From contig CALWZU010000026.1 in NCBI GenBank assembly GCA_944386095.1, forward strand, positions 1,184-65,183: a stretch of 64,000 nucleotides of DNA, read 5' to 3'. The stretch is from an uncultured Clostridia bacterium (GTDB lineage Bacteria > Bacillota > Clostridia > Peptostreptococcales > Anaerovoracaceae). Positions within the stretch are counted from its first letter, which is position 1, and every line of letters begins with the position of its first letter. The notes below the pieces were generated by a model. The model had not been told where the DNA came from, searched no databases, and saw only the letters and a program-made list of their open reading frames with translations. The position numbers and the translations under genes were made by a program. This document shows, piece after piece, positions 36,659 to 47,093 of this stretch.

Positions 36659-38137
36659 CTATAAGATAATGCAGATAAAATAATCCTTGCCCTCGTCGGA
36701 TATTTTCTGAATAGAATGCTGGATCTTAAACTGAAGCTGTTCGGGCATTGCCTTTGCTTTGACCTGCATTTGCTCGGCCACCATTTCCCTGAGAGTTTTC
36801 CCAAGCAGATTTACCTCCCATATGGCCTGGGGCTGCGCTTCATAAGACGCCTGCAAATGCCGCAAAAGATCCTTTGCCTGCTCCTCTTCCCCTACCACCG
36901 GCGCCACCTCCGTGGAAAGCTGGGTGCGGATCAGATGCAGGGAGGGAGCGGTCGCCCGGATCCTCACGCCGTATTTTGATCCCTGCCTGAACAGGGATGG
37001 CTCCTGCAGACACATATCCTCCACATCCGGTTCCACGATTCCATAATTCAGCGCCTCTGTCTGGGCAAGGGCTCCTTTTAGTTTATCATATGCCCTCTGA
37101 TCCTTTGCCATCTGACGTATCAAGCGGAAGAAATCCCTGTCGTTTTCCACTTTGGCATCGATCATTTCTCCCAGCACCTGATAAAACAAACCTCCCGCCA
37201 TGTCCACATCCACGTCCACTCTTCCGCAGGAAAGCTCCACCGCCTCGGGACAGGCTCTTTTGATCACCCTGCCGTCCTCCATCATCTGAGCCCCTTCTCT
37301 GGCTTTTCGGATGGTTGTAAAGGAATCGGCCCACTGGCGCAAAAGCGTGTTGATATGAAGCCTGATCCAGTGATCCTCTTCCAGTCCTCCCACAAACCCG
37401 GGCATATGAAAAACCATCTGAGACAGGGGAAACTCATAAAGCACCTGCTCAAGAAGAGAATTGAGGGTCTCCATATCCATACGGGCGCAGTTGACGGCCA
37501 CTACAGGCGCTCCGTAACGCTCCTGGATCTCTTTTTTGCACTCCCTGGCCTGCTGAGAATCAGGCAAAACGCAGTTCAAGACCACAATAAACGGTTTTCC
37601 CAGCTGCTGAAGCTCCTGAATGACCCTCGCCTCACCAGGCCGGTAGTTCTCCCTGTCGATTTCAGACACGGATCCATCGGTGGTTACCACAAGTCCGATG
37701 GTACAATGATCCGCGATCACCTTTCGGGTCCCTGTCTCCGCCGCCTCTTCAAAGGGCATAGGCTCCTGGGACCAGGGGGTAGATACCATTCTGGGCTTTC
37801 CGTCCTCCCAATGACCCATCGCCCCTTCCACCATATAGCCCACACAACCGATCAGCCTCACCCGGCAGGACACATCCTGAGCAACCGTCAGTTCCACAGC
37901 TTCCGCGGGCACAAACTTAGGCTCCGTGGTCATGATGGTTTTCCCTCCCCCGCTCTGGGGAAGCTCATCCTTTATCCGTTCCCTGACATACTCGTTTTCC
38001 ACATGAGGCACTACCAGCAAATCCATAAACCGTTTGATAAAGGTCGACTTGCCCGTTCGCACCGGGCCCACCACGCCGATGTAGATGTCTCCCTGGGTCC
38101 GCTTGGAAATGCTTTCATATATCTGCAACTTATCCAA
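36659..38137 (-). CDS. spoIVA: stage IV sporulation protein A
   Basis: TTG start 8 nt after GGAGGG. IYESISKRTQGDIYIGVVGPVRTGKSTFIKRFM (Walker A), then TEPKFVP. Confidence 0.95.
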   Translation of the reverse strand: MDKLQIYESISKRTQGDIYIGVVGPVRTGKSTFIKRFMDLLVVPHVENEYVRERIKDELPQSGGGKTIMTTEPKFVPAEAVELTVAQDVSCRVRLIGCVGYMVEGAMGHWEDGKPRMVSTPWSQEPMPFEEAAETGTRKVIADHCTIGLVVTTDGSVSEIDRENYRPGEARVIQELQQLGKPFIVVLNCVLPDSQQARECKKEIQERYGAPVVAVNCARMDMETLNSLLEQVLYEFPLSQMVFHMPGFVGGLEEDHWIRLHINTLLRQWADSFTTIRKAREGAQMMEDGRVIKRACPEAVELSCGRVDVDVDMAGGLFYQVLGEMIDAKVENDRDFFRLIRQMAKDQRAYDKLKGALAQTEALNYGIVEPDVEDMCLQEPSLFRQGSKYGVRIRATAPSLHLIRTQLSTEVAPVVGEEEQAKDLLRHLQASYEAQPQAIWEVNLLGKTLREMVAEQMQVKAKAMPEQLQFKIQHSIQKISDEGKDYFICIIL

Positions 38138-38253
38138 ACCCTTTCCCTCCTTCGCGCATTCACCTAGCAATAATACATATGAAAACACGTCCCGGTGTAT
38201 GCCTTAACTTTAAAGGGAACGGGGATTTTCAGAAAAAGGTTTGAATAAACCGG

Positions 38254-39264
38254 CTACAGGGGCTCTACCTCATGGCGTTTCTGCCGGCCCATCAAAGCCG
38301 CCACCGCATCTCTGGCATCCACCCTGCCCTGGATCGCCAAATAAATCTGTTCGGTGATCGGCATTTCTACTTCATACCGCTTTGCCAGCTCATATGCGGC
38401 TTTTGCCGTATACATCCCTTCCACTACCATGCCTACCTGGCTGATGGCCTGCTGGGGTGAAACGCCTTCACCGATCAAAATGCCGCAGCGGCGGTTTCTG
38501 CTGTGCATGCTGGTACAGGTAACGATCAGATCCCCGATCCCCGAAAGGCCTCCAAAGGTTTTTTCGTCAGCGCCCATGGCGACGCCCAGCCTTGCCATTT
38601 CCGCGATGCCTCTTGTCATCATGGCCGCCTTGGCATTGTCCCCAAAGCCCATACCATCGGATATGCCCGCTCCCAGAGCGATGATGTTTTTCAGCGCGCC
38701 CCCCAGCTCCACACCGATTACGTCAGAGCTTGTATATACCCGCAGACAGGGAGACATAAAGAGATCCTGGATCCTCTGGGCAAGCTCTCTGTCCTGGCTG
38801 GCGGAAACCAGCGTAGTCGGCAGGCCCCGGCTGACCTCTTCCGCATGGGAAGGCCCCGAAATCACCACATACGGCACTTCTCCCAGCTCCTGCAGGGCAA
38901 TCTGAGAAAGGCGCATCAGGCTGTCCTGTTCGATTCCCTTGGCCGTATTGACGATCACCGCGTTTTGGGGGATCTCTTCTTTTGCCTCCCGCGCCGCCTT
39001 TCTGAAATGCTGAGCCGGCACCGAAAAAATCACCACCTTCGCCTCTTCCAGGGCCCTCCGGCGGCTTTCGCTGATCACCAGCGTCTCCGGGAAGGTCACG
39101 CCCGGCAAATACTTTCTGTTTTCCCGCGTCTTTTTCATGTCCAAAAGATGCGCTTGATCAATATCCCACAAACTGACCCTGTGTCCATTGCCGCTGAGGC
39201 TGATGGCGATGGCGGTCCCCCAGCTGCCCGCTCCAAGCACTGTGATATCTGTCCTGTTGTCCAT
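38254..39264 (-). CDS. gpsA: NAD(P)H-dependent glycerol-3-phosphate dehydrogenase
   Basis: VLGAGSWGTAIA, NTAKGIE, GALKNIIALGAG. Confidence 0.95.
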   Translation of the reverse strand: MDNRTDITVLGAGSWGTAIAISLSGNGHRVSLWDIDQAHLLDMKKTRENRKYLPGVTFPETLVISESRRRALEEAKVVIFSVPAQHFRKAAREAKEEIPQNAVIVNTAKGIEQDSLMRLSQIALQELGEVPYVVISGPSHAEEVSRGLPTTLVSASQDRELAQRIQDLFMSPCLRVYTSSDVIGVELGGALKNIIALGAGISDGMGFGDNAKAAMMTRGIAEMARLGVAMGADEKTFGGLSGIGDLIVTCTSMHSRNRRCGILIGEGVSPQQAISQVGMVVEGMYTAKAAYELAKRYEVEMPITEQIYLAIQGRVDARDAVAALMGRQKRHEVEPL

Positions 39265-39369
39265 GTTCTTTCCTTACCTTTCTTTTGCCCTTCGCCTGCC
39301 GGCTCGACAAAACGCCGGCTTCGGCCTTGAGACCCTTTAAAACCCTTTCGGGCTCTCTTCTTTTTTGAT

Positions 39370-39969
39370 TCAGGATTTAAGCCGGAACTTTGGTTCCTCC
39401 CCCCGCAGGATCCGGCGGATATTGGCTCTGTGCTTCCACCAGATGATCATGGCGCAAATAACGCCCCACAGGATCAGCTCCTCTTTTCCCAGACACCACG
39501 CAGCGATAGGAAAGGCTGCGGAGCCGATCAGGGATCCCGGTGAAATCCGCCTTGTCAAAGCGATTACGACAAGGCCGACAGCCCCGCTGATCAGAATCGT
39601 CAGAGGCGATACGAAAATCGCGCAGCCCAGGGTCGTCGCCACTCCCTTGCCGCCGCGAAACCCAAAGCACACCGGCCAGATATGCCCGGCGATAACCGCA
39701 AGACCGCACCACATACCAAAGCCCTCTCCTGCCAGGACATCCCCCAGTATTACAAAGGGCACACCTTTGCAGGCATCGATCAAAAGAGTAGCGGCGGCGG
39801 CTTTTTTCCCAAAATTGCGCAGCATATTGGTGGTGCCTGCGTTACCGCTTCCCAGGGTGCGTATGTCCTTTCCATAAACGCCTTTGCTGATCAAAATGGA
39901 GGGAGACAGATTCCCTGCGAAATATCCGGCGATCAAAAGCGCCGCCTTGATCAGAATCGATGGTTCCAT
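39370..39969 (-). CDS. plsY: glycerol-3-phosphate acyltransferase PlsY
   Basis: GSGNAGTTN, FRGGKGVAT. Polytopic membrane protein. Confidence 0.95.
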   Translation of the reverse strand: MEPSILIKAALLIAGYFAGNLSPSILISKGVYGKDIRTLGSGNAGTTNMLRNFGKKAAAATLLIDACKGVPFVILGDVLAGEGFGMWCGLAVIAGHIWPVCFGFRGGKGVATTLGCAIFVSPLTILISGAVGLVVIALTRRISPGSLIGSAAFPIAAWCLGKEELILWGVICAMIIWWKHRANIRRILRGEEPKFRLKS

Positions 39970-40008
39970 ATCTTTTTCTCTCCTACTTTCCTTCTGCAGC
40001 TCTCTTTC

Positions 40009-41340
40009 TTACAGGTTTTCCGGATCATCACCCTTGGCCCGGAATACAAATTTAATGGAAGTCCCTTCAAAGCCGAAGCCCTCCCGGATTTTGTTCTCCA
40101 GATATCTGGCATATGAAAAATGCATCAGCTGCCTGTCATTTATTTTAAAAGAAAACAGCGGAGGCTTTACGCCCACCTGGCTTACGTAATAGATTTTCAG
40201 CTTTTTCCCTTTATCTGAGGGCGGCTGGTTCATCAGCATAGCGTCGGAAATCAGCCCGTTGAGCTGACCTGTAGGCACCCTTTTGGCGCATTCCATATCC
40301 ACCCTCAGGGCCAAATCCAAAAGCCGGTCTACCCGCTGTCCCGTAAGGACAGAGATAAACAGCACAGGCGCATAGCTTAAAAACACCAGCTCTTTTCGGA
40401 TTTCCTTGGTAAATTCCTTCATGGTATTGGTCTCTTTTTCGATCAGATCCCACTTATTGACCGCCACAATGATGCCTTTTCCCGCTTCATGGGCCATTCC
40501 GGCGATTTTTTTATCCTGCTCGGTAACGCCCTCCCGGGCGTCCAGCATCACTACGCACACATCGGAGCGCTCGATAGCGGCGATCGCTCTGATAATGCTG
40601 TATTTTTCAATATTTTCTTCTATTCTGCTCCTTCTTCGGATACCGGCCGTATCGATCAGAGTAAAACGCCTGCCCTCATATTCCAAAGGGGAATCGATGG
40701 AATCCCTGGTGGTTCCCGCTATATCGCTGACAATCACCCGGTTTTCCCCAAGCAGGGCGTTTACAAGAGAGGATTTTCCCACATTTGGCTTTCCAATAAC
40801 GGCAAGCTTCAGGCTTTCTTCTTCCTGATCCAGGGAACGGGAAAGCTGAAATTTTGAAACGATCACATCCAAAAGATCTCCAAGCCCCAGCATGTTAACG
40901 GAAGAAATCGCCACAGGTTCTCCTAACCCCAGCTCGTAAAAATCGTAAAAGTTTTCGGGCATCTGACCCTTGTCGATCTTGTTGACCGCAAGCACAACCT
41001 CTTTCCCCGTTCGATAAAGCATCGAGGCCACTTCCCGGTCTGATGAGGTAAGCCCTTCCTTTCCATCCACCATAAATAAAATGACATCTGCGGTTTCCAT
41101 GGCGATCTGCGCTTGCTGGCGCATCTGAGACAGGATCACATCCGCCGTGGAGGGTTCGATGCCTCCCGTATCGATTATCGCAAAGGAAACCCCGTTCCAT
41201 TCGGTTTCCGCATAAATCCGGTCCCGGGTCACGCCCGGCGTATCTTCCACAATAGAAACCCTTTTCCCGATAATCCGGTTAAAAAATGTAGATTTTCCCA
41301 CATTCGGCCTGCCCACGACGGCAACGATGGGTTTGCTCAT
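40009..41340 (-). CDS. der: ribosome biogenesis GTPase Der (EngA)
   Basis: Two G domains (GRPNVGKSTFFN and GKPNVGKSSLVN) plus a KH-like C-terminus. Confidence 0.95.
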   Translation of the reverse strand: MSKPIVAVVGRPNVGKSTFFNRIIGKRVSIVEDTPGVTRDRIYAETEWNGVSFAIIDTGGIEPSTADVILSQMRQQAQIAMETADVILFMVDGKEGLTSSDREVASMLYRTGKEVVLAVNKIDKGQMPENFYDFYELGLGEPVAISSVNMLGLGDLLDVIVSKFQLSRSLDQEEESLKLAVIGKPNVGKSSLVNALLGENRVIVSDIAGTTRDSIDSPLEYEGRRFTLIDTAGIRRRSRIEENIEKYSIIRAIAAIERSDVCVVMLDAREGVTEQDKKIAGMAHEAGKGIIVAVNKWDLIEKETNTMKEFTKEIRKELVFLSYAPVLFISVLTGQRVDRLLDLALRVDMECAKRVPTGQLNGLISDAMLMNQPPSDKGKKLKIYYVSQVGVKPPLFSFKINDRQLMHFSYARYLENKIREGFGFEGTSIKFVFRAKGDDPENL

Positions 41341-41342
41341 GA

Positions 41343-42707
41343 TTATTTCCTCCCAAAAAATCTGGACCAAAAGCCTTTTTTCTGCGACTGCTCTTCTTCC
41401 CTGGCATCCGCTTCACCGGCTTCTTCCTTTTCCGCCTCCGTCTCAGCCCCGGCTTCCTCTCCGGCCAAGGGCCCTTCTGTTTCGGCGCTTTCCATTGCCT
41501 CGGCCATTTCTTCCTGAGGCGCTTTTTCCTCCTGAAGCGTCTTTTCTTCCATGCCTTCCCGGGCTTCTTCTCCCGCAGCCTGGAGGCTTTCTTCTTCCTG
41601 CGCCCGGGTTTCCCCTTGGGCTTCTATTTCATTTTCCTCTTCCTTTTCTGTTTCCTGTTCTTCTTTCTGTTCTGTTTCCTGCTCTTTTTCCTCTTCCTGT
41701 AAATCAGCGCTTTCCTCTTTTAAGGCGTCTTCTGCTTCTTCCCTCACAGCAGCTTCCTCCAAGATCTGTTCTTCCTCCTCCTTCTCAGACCCTGTGCTGT
41801 CAAACAGGGCTTCCACAAATTCATCCGGACGGAAGGGCTGCATATCTTCAAGTCCCTCTCCCACGCCGATAAATTTGACGGGAATGGAAAATTCATCGGC
41901 GATGGAAATCACGATGCCGCCTTTAGCCGTTCCATCCAGTTTTGTAAGGATGATTCCCGTAATATTGGTGATTTCGCTGAACTGCCTTACCTGAGAAAGA
42001 GCGTTTTGCCCTGTGGATCCGTCGATTACAAGAAGGGTCTCCCGGTGAGCCTGAGGAAACTCCCTTTCAATGATCCGATCCATTTTCTGAAGCTCATTCA
42101 TCAGATTCTTTTTATTATGAAGCCTTCCCGCCGTATCGCAGATAAGCACATCCGTCCCCTTTGCCACTGCGGAATGGATCCCGTCAAAAAGAACAGCCGC
42201 AGGGTCCGAGCCCTCCTTGTGGCGGATCACGTTAACGCCGATTCGCTCGCCCCAAACCGTCAGCTGCTCCGCCGCTGCGGCCCGGAAGGTATCCGCTGCC
42301 ACCAGCTGTACAGACCTGCCCTGTTTTTTTAATCCGGCGGCGATTTTTGCGATCGAGGTGGTCTTTCCTACGCCATTGACGCCGATCACCAAAATCAAAA
42401 GGGGATTTTCCCCGGTCAGCCTGTGAGCCGTTTCTCCCTTGTCCAGGATCCGGGCCGTAATGGCTTTTACTTCCTCCCGGACCTGCTGAGCGCTGTCAAT
42501 GTGCCGGCGCTTTACGGTCTCCTTCAGCTCGTCGCTGATCTTCATCGCCGTATTCATGCTTACATCCGACATGATCAGCGTATCCTCCAGTTCTTCCAGG
42601 AAGCCTTCATCCACCCTGGTATAGGTGTTGAACATTTCCTCAAGAGAAAGAACCATATTCTCCTTCGTTCGCTGAAGACCCTCTTTCAGTTTGCTAAAAA
42701 AAGACAT
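41343..42707 (-). CDS. ftsY: signal recognition particle receptor FtsY with an unusual ~150-aa acidic C-terminal tail
   Basis: [44 protein letters not shown], then a Glu-rich tail ending [12 protein letters not shown]. Confidence 0.9.
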   Translation of the reverse strand: MSFFSKLKEGLQRTKENMVLSLEEMFNTYTRVDEGFLEELEDTLIMSDVSMNTAMKISDELKETVKRRHIDSAQQVREEVKAITARILDKGETAHRLTGENPLLILVIGVNGVGKTTSIAKIAAGLKKQGRSVQLVAADTFRAAAAEQLTVWGERIGVNVIRHKEGSDPAAVLFDGIHSAVAKGTDVLICDTAGRLHNKKNLMNELQKMDRIIEREFPQAHRETLLVIDGSTGQNALSQVRQFSEITNITGIILTKLDGTAKGGIVISIADEFSIPVKFIGVGEGLEDMQPFRPDEFVEALFDSTGSEKEEEEQILEEAAVREEAEDALKEESADLQEEEKEQETEQKEEQETEKEEENEIEAQGETRAQEEESLQAAGEEAREGMEEKTLQEEKAPQEEMAEAMESAETEGPLAGEEAGAETEAEKEEAGEADAREEEQSQKKGFWSRFFGRK

Positions 42708-42763
42708 TTCCTTCACCTTTCCTTGCTGTGTTTTTTATCCCGCGGTCAAGCGTTTCCACAGGC

Positions 42764-45700
42764 CTAACCGGATTTTTTTTCTTCTTTTGTAAAACGATCC
42801 ACATCGCTCATTTTCAGAGAAATCACCCTGGAAATCCCCTTTTCCGGCATCGTAACGCCATAAAGCACATCCCCCTGCTCCATAGTCGCTTTCTGATGGG
42901 TCACCACTAAAAACTGCACATTTTCAAATTCCTTGAGATATGCAATAAAACGGCCGATATTCGCCTCATCCAAAGCCGCTTCCACCTCGTCCAGAATACA
43001 AAAGGGAGTGGGCCTTACCTTAAGCATGGCGCACATAAGGGCGATAGCCGTCAGGGATTTTTCTCCCCCCGAAAGCAGGTTGATATTTTGCAGTCTTTTT
43101 CCCGGGGGCTGGACGATGATCTCAATCCCTTCCGCAAGGCCCTCATCCTCTCCCTCTGCCTGAAGTCTTGCCGTTCCTCCGCCAAAAAGCCTGGTAAAGG
43201 CCTTCTCAAATTCTATGCCGATTTTTTGGAAGCTTTGCTGAAAGCAGGAGCGGATCGTCCCGTCCATGTCGGAGATCACAGACAAAAGGCCCTCCATCGC
43301 CTCCGTCAGGTCCTTTTTTTGTCCTGTCAAAAATTCATATCGTTCCGATACCTGACGATATTCCTCGATCGCTCCTATATGCACCGGCTCCAGCTCTCTC
43401 ATCCGGTTTTTCAGCTGCCTGCTTCGATTCATGGCAGAAGAGACGGAAAAAACCTCCTGGCGCTGAGACAAAGCCGCCACATAGGCGATTTCAAAATGAT
43501 CCCACAGACGGTTTTTTAAAGATTCCGCCTGGGTTTCCAGCCTGGCAAGCCTGAGCTCCCATTCATGCTTGCGGGTTTGCCCTCTTAAAATCTCAGGCTC
43601 CAGAGCGTCTTTTTTTTCCGAAAGCGTCAAAATCCGCCGGGCGATTTCCTCTCTTTTTTCCCGAAGATCCTTTTCCTTCTCAAGCACAGCCTCTTTGTGG
43701 GAAACCGCTTGCCGGTAGCTTTCAGAAAGAGCCGCCTCCCCCTTTTCCTGCCGTTGCTTTTTCTCCGCGATTTCTTCCTGCTGCCGAAGGTTCTCCGAAA
43801 GAGAAAGCCTTAAACGGTCTTCCTCCCTGCCGCTTTTCCCAAGTCCCTCCGAAAGCTCGGAAAGGGCCCGCTCAGCAGACTGAAGCTGCATCCGCGCCTC
43901 ATGAAGCCCTTGCTCTGTTTGCCGGAGCGCTTTCCCTTGCTCCTGCTGGGCTTTTTCCCGGCTTTCGATCTGCTCCTCCCTCTCCTGGATGGCACGGCCC
44001 TGCCTTGGCACCTTTTCAGCCAGGGCCTTCATCATGACGCCGGTTTTTTCTTCCTGCTCCTGGATTTCCAAAAGCTCCTTGTCCCAGCGCTTTTGGCTTT
44101 CCCGTAAAAGCCTCAGCTTTTCCGACCATTTTTCTATATCCGCCTGGTTTTTCTGATCCTCCCGGTCCAAGGCCTGGAGCTGTTCCAAAACCCTCCGGCA
44201 GCTTTCCTGCCACTGCAAAAGGTTTTTTTGTGAGATTTCTTTTTCCTTCTCCCACTGCCCCTTTTGTTTTTCAAATGCCTCTTCCTCTTTTTTCAGGGCC
44301 GCGATCTGATTTTTTCGCTGCAGCACATTTGGATACTGCTTTTTTGACGCTCCCCCCGTAATGGCGCCTCCGGCGTTTACATCCTCTCCCTCAAGGGTGA
44401 CAAACCGGCCGGCTCCTCTGAATTTAGCGGACAAGCCGATGGCGTCCTTCAGGGTTTTCGTAATAACGATCCTTCCCAGAAGATATACAACGGCGCCTGA
44501 AAACAGACGGTCGCTTTTCACAAGCTCGGTCCCAAAGCCCACAAAGCCCTCTTCCTTTCGCAAAAGGGCCAAAGATGGATCCTTTGACAAATCCCGTCCC
44601 GGCCGGATGCTTTCCACCGGCAAAAAGGTGGCTCTTCCCCCCTTTTCTCTTTTCAGCGCCGCCACCGCTTCCGAAGCCGTCTTATTTGTGTCGCACAGGA
44701 TATACTGCACCGACTGACCCAGGGCCGTCTGAAAAGCGGTTTCCATGCCCTCCGGTACGCTTACAAGCTCCGCTACGGTTCCATAAATGCCCTGGGGTTT
44801 TTTCCCTTTTCCCATTAAAAACCGGATAGCCGGGCCAAAACCCTCGTAGGACTGCTGAAACCCCTCCAGCACTTCCTTTTTCGTCCTCAGCTGATGCAGC
44901 TTGTTTTCCATCTGACTAAGACGGTCTTCCAAAAGTCCGGCTTCTTCTTTTGCCTGTTCTTTTTTTGTTTCGTATTCTGAAAAAATCCCCTGCTTCTCAA
45001 GAATCTGTTCCTTTCCCAGAAGCCGGCTTTTTTGCGCCTGATCCAGCTGGCCTTCCACGGAAACAACCTCTTCGCCAAACCGGGCTTTTTGGTCTACAAT
45101 TTCTTTTTTCCTGTTGGCAAGAGAATCCACCAGGGATTGAAGGCCGGAAAGCTCCGTCTTCCCCGCCGTCAATTCCCGGTAAAGAGCAAACACCTCGTCC
45201 CGCCCCTTTTGGGTCTGGCTGTTGCTTTCTTCCCATCGGCTTTTTTTCTTTTGAAAGTCCATCTCCAGCTTTTGGAAATTTGCAGTCATCTGATCTTTCT
45301 GGCAGACAAGCTCCCGCTGCTCTTCCTCCAGCTTCCTTTGGCGTTCTTTTTCCTCTTCCATTCTTTCTGTGAAAAAGGATCGCTGCTGAATGACCCTTGC
45401 CAAATCGTTTTCCAGGGTCAGCATCGCCATTTTCCCCTCCTGAAGCTGCCTTTGCAGCTCCTGACAGGTATTTTCTGCCAAAAGGCCTTCTTCCCTTTGT
45501 TTTTTTTCTTCTCGTTCCAGTTCGGAAAGGACGGCTTTCACCTGCCGCTGGCTTTCCTCCAGCTTCTCTCTTTGCTTCTGATCCAGGGCCAGCTTTTGGG
45601 AAAGACTTTGGATTTCTCCTCGCAGATCCGTCATTTTCTTCTGAAGCTGCTCCACCTGCCGAATGGTCAGGTTGATTTCCAGCTTTTGGTATTCTTCCCG

Positions 45701-46354
45701 CAAGGCCAGATATTCTTCCGCCTTTTCGCTGTCCTCTTTAAGCCCGGGGAGCCTGCCCTGGATCTCGGAAAGAATATCGTTTACCCGGTTGAGGTTTTCC
45801 TGCGCGTTTTTAAGCCTTCGCTGAGCCTCTTCCTTTCGGCTGCGGTATTTTACGATCCCGGCCGCCTCCTCAAACATAGCCCTTCTGCCCTCGGCGCGGC
45901 TGTGAATGATTTCCGCGATTTTTCCCTGCCCAATGATAGAATAACCCTCTACGCCCATGCCCGTATCCATGATCAGTTCCCGGACATCTTTCAGGCGGCA
46001 GGGGGTCTGATTGATCGCGTATTCGCTTTCTCCTGAACGAAACATCCTGCGGCTGATGGCCACTTCCTGGAAATCCACCGGCAAAATGCCCCGCTGATTG
46101 TCGATGACAAGGGTCACCTCCGCCATCCCTCTTTGCTTTCGGCTTTCGGTTCCCGCAAAAATAATCTCTTCCATTTTGCCGCCCCGGAGGGTCTTGGGGC
46201 TTTGCTCCCCCAGCACCCAGCGGATCGCATCGGAAAGATTGCTTTTTCCGCTTCCATTGGGACCTACAATACAGGTGATCCCTTCGGGAAATTCCAGGCT
46301 CACAGGCTCGGCAAAGGATTTGAATCCGTGTATGTCAAGTCGTTTTAAATACAA
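42764..46354 (-). CDS. smc: chromosome segregation protein SMC
   Basis: GPNGSGKSN, long coiled coils, hinge, LSGGEKSLTAIAL, ILDEVEAALD. Confidence 0.95.
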   Translation of the reverse strand: MYLKRLDIHGFKSFAEPVSLEFPEGITCIVGPNGSGKSNLSDAIRWVLGEQSPKTLRGGKMEEIIFAGTESRKQRGMAEVTLVIDNQRGILPVDFQEVAISRRMFRSGESEYAINQTPCRLKDVRELIMDTGMGVEGYSIIGQGKIAEIIHSRAEGRRAMFEEAAGIVKYRSRKEEAQRRLKNAQENLNRVNDILSEIQGRLPGLKEDSEKAEEYLALREEYQKLEINLTIRQVEQLQKKMTDLRGEIQSLSQKLALDQKQREKLEESQRQVKAVLSELEREEKKQREEGLLAENTCQELQRQLQEGKMAMLTLENDLARVIQQRSFFTERMEEEKERQRKLEEEQRELVCQKDQMTANFQKLEMDFQKKKSRWEESNSQTQKGRDEVFALYRELTAGKTELSGLQSLVDSLANRKKEIVDQKARFGEEVVSVEGQLDQAQKSRLLGKEQILEKQGIFSEYETKKEQAKEEAGLLEDRLSQMENKLHQLRTKKEVLEGFQQSYEGFGPAIRFLMGKGKKPQGIYGTVAELVSVPEGMETAFQTALGQSVQYILCDTNKTASEAVAALKREKGGRATFLPVESIRPGRDLSKDPSLALLRKEEGFVGFGTELVKSDRLFSGAVVYLLGRIVITKTLKDAIGLSAKFRGAGRFVTLEGEDVNAGGAITGGASKKQYPNVLQRKNQIAALKKEEEAFEKQKGQWEKEKEISQKNLLQWQESCRRVLEQLQALDREDQKNQADIEKWSEKLRLLRESQKRWDKELLEIQEQEEKTGVMMKALAEKVPRQGRAIQEREEQIESREKAQQEQGKALRQTEQGLHEARMQLQSAERALSELSEGLGKSGREEDRLRLSLSENLRQQEEIAEKKQRQEKGEAALSESYRQAVSHKEAVLEKEKDLREKREEIARRILTLSEKKDALEPEILRGQTRKHEWELRLARLETQAESLKNRLWDHFEIAYVAALSQRQEVFSVSSAMNRSRQLKNRMRELEPVHIGAIEEYRQVSERYEFLTGQKKDLTEAMEGLLSVISDMDGTIRSCFQQSFQKIGIEFEKAFTRLFGGGTARLQAEGEDEGLAEGIEIIVQPPGKRLQNINLLSGGEKSLTAIALMCAMLKVRPTPFCILDEVEAALDEANIGRFIAYLKEFENVQFLVVTHQKATMEQGDVLYGVTMPEKGISRVISLKMSDVDRFTKEEKKSG

Positions 46355-46368
46355 TCCGTTTCACCACT

Positions 46369-47091
46369 CTACTCTCTGCCCGTTCTGTTTTTCGGTTCGG
46401 AAAGCCTTTTACAGGCTTCTCTGGCCGCGTTCTGCTCCGCCTCTTTTTTGCTTTTGCCGGTTCCCCTTCCTCCATAGGCGCCGTTGATGGTCAGCTCCAC
46501 GTAAAAGGTCTTGTCATGATCCGGTCCCTCTTCTTTTTTAACGGTATAGACGATCTCCGTCTCCCCTTCCGACTGATAGGCCTCCTGAAGCTGGGATTTA
46601 TAATCCTTTGCCAGCCTGCCGCCCAAAGCCTGCCGGATCACGCCGGAAAGAAGCCGCAGAGCAAAGGCCTTCGCTTCCTCCCAGCCTCCGTCCAGAAAAA
46701 CAGCGCCGATCAGGGCTTCCACCCCATCGGCAATCATGGACTGGCGCTCCCTGCCTCCGTTATGGTCCTCGCCCCGTCCCAAAAACAAATAGGAGCCCAG
46801 CCGGATATCTCTTCCGCAGGCCGCCAGGGATCCCTCACAGACGATAGAAGCTCTCTCTTTTGTGAGAAAGCCCTCTTCACGATCCCGGTAATGTTCATAA
46901 AGGTATTCGCTGATTACCGCATCCAGCACCGCATCTCCCAGAAATTCCAGCCTTTCGTTATTCATCCTGTAGGGCTGTCCCGTTTCATTCACATAAGAGC
47001 TATGGGTCAGAGCGGTTTCCAGCAGGCTCCGGTCCCGGAAACGATAGCCCAGCACCCGGGTCAGTTCCCGTTCCTTTTCTTTAGAAAGCAC
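46369..47091 (-). CDS. rnc: ribonuclease III
   Basis: GTG start after GGAGG. NERLEFLGDAVL and a C-terminal dsRBD (GPDHDKTF...GRGTGKSKKEAEQ). Confidence 0.95.
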   Translation of the reverse strand: MLSKEKERELTRVLGYRFRDRSLLETALTHSSYVNETGQPYRMNNERLEFLGDAVLDAVISEYLYEHYRDREEGFLTKERASIVCEGSLAACGRDIRLGSYLFLGRGEDHNGGRERQSMIADGVEALIGAVFLDGGWEEAKAFALRLLSGVIRQALGGRLAKDYKSQLQEAYQSEGETEIVYTVKKEEGPDHDKTFYVELTINGAYGGRGTGKSKKEAEQNAAREACKRLSEPKNRTGRE

Positions 47092-47093
47092 GG

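Noticed and set aside
38195-38201. A sigma-E-like -10 (CATACAC, minus strand) upstream of spoIVA.
   Set aside because: No acceptable -35 element lies at 16-18 nt spacing, and a single heptamer is not sufficient evidence.
41343-41798. A GAA/GAG/GCA-rich stretch that at first glance looks like a tandem DNA repeat or degenerate array.
   Set aside because: There is no fixed repeat unit or repeat-spacer periodicity. It is codon-level low complexity that encodes the acidic FtsY tail in a single open frame.
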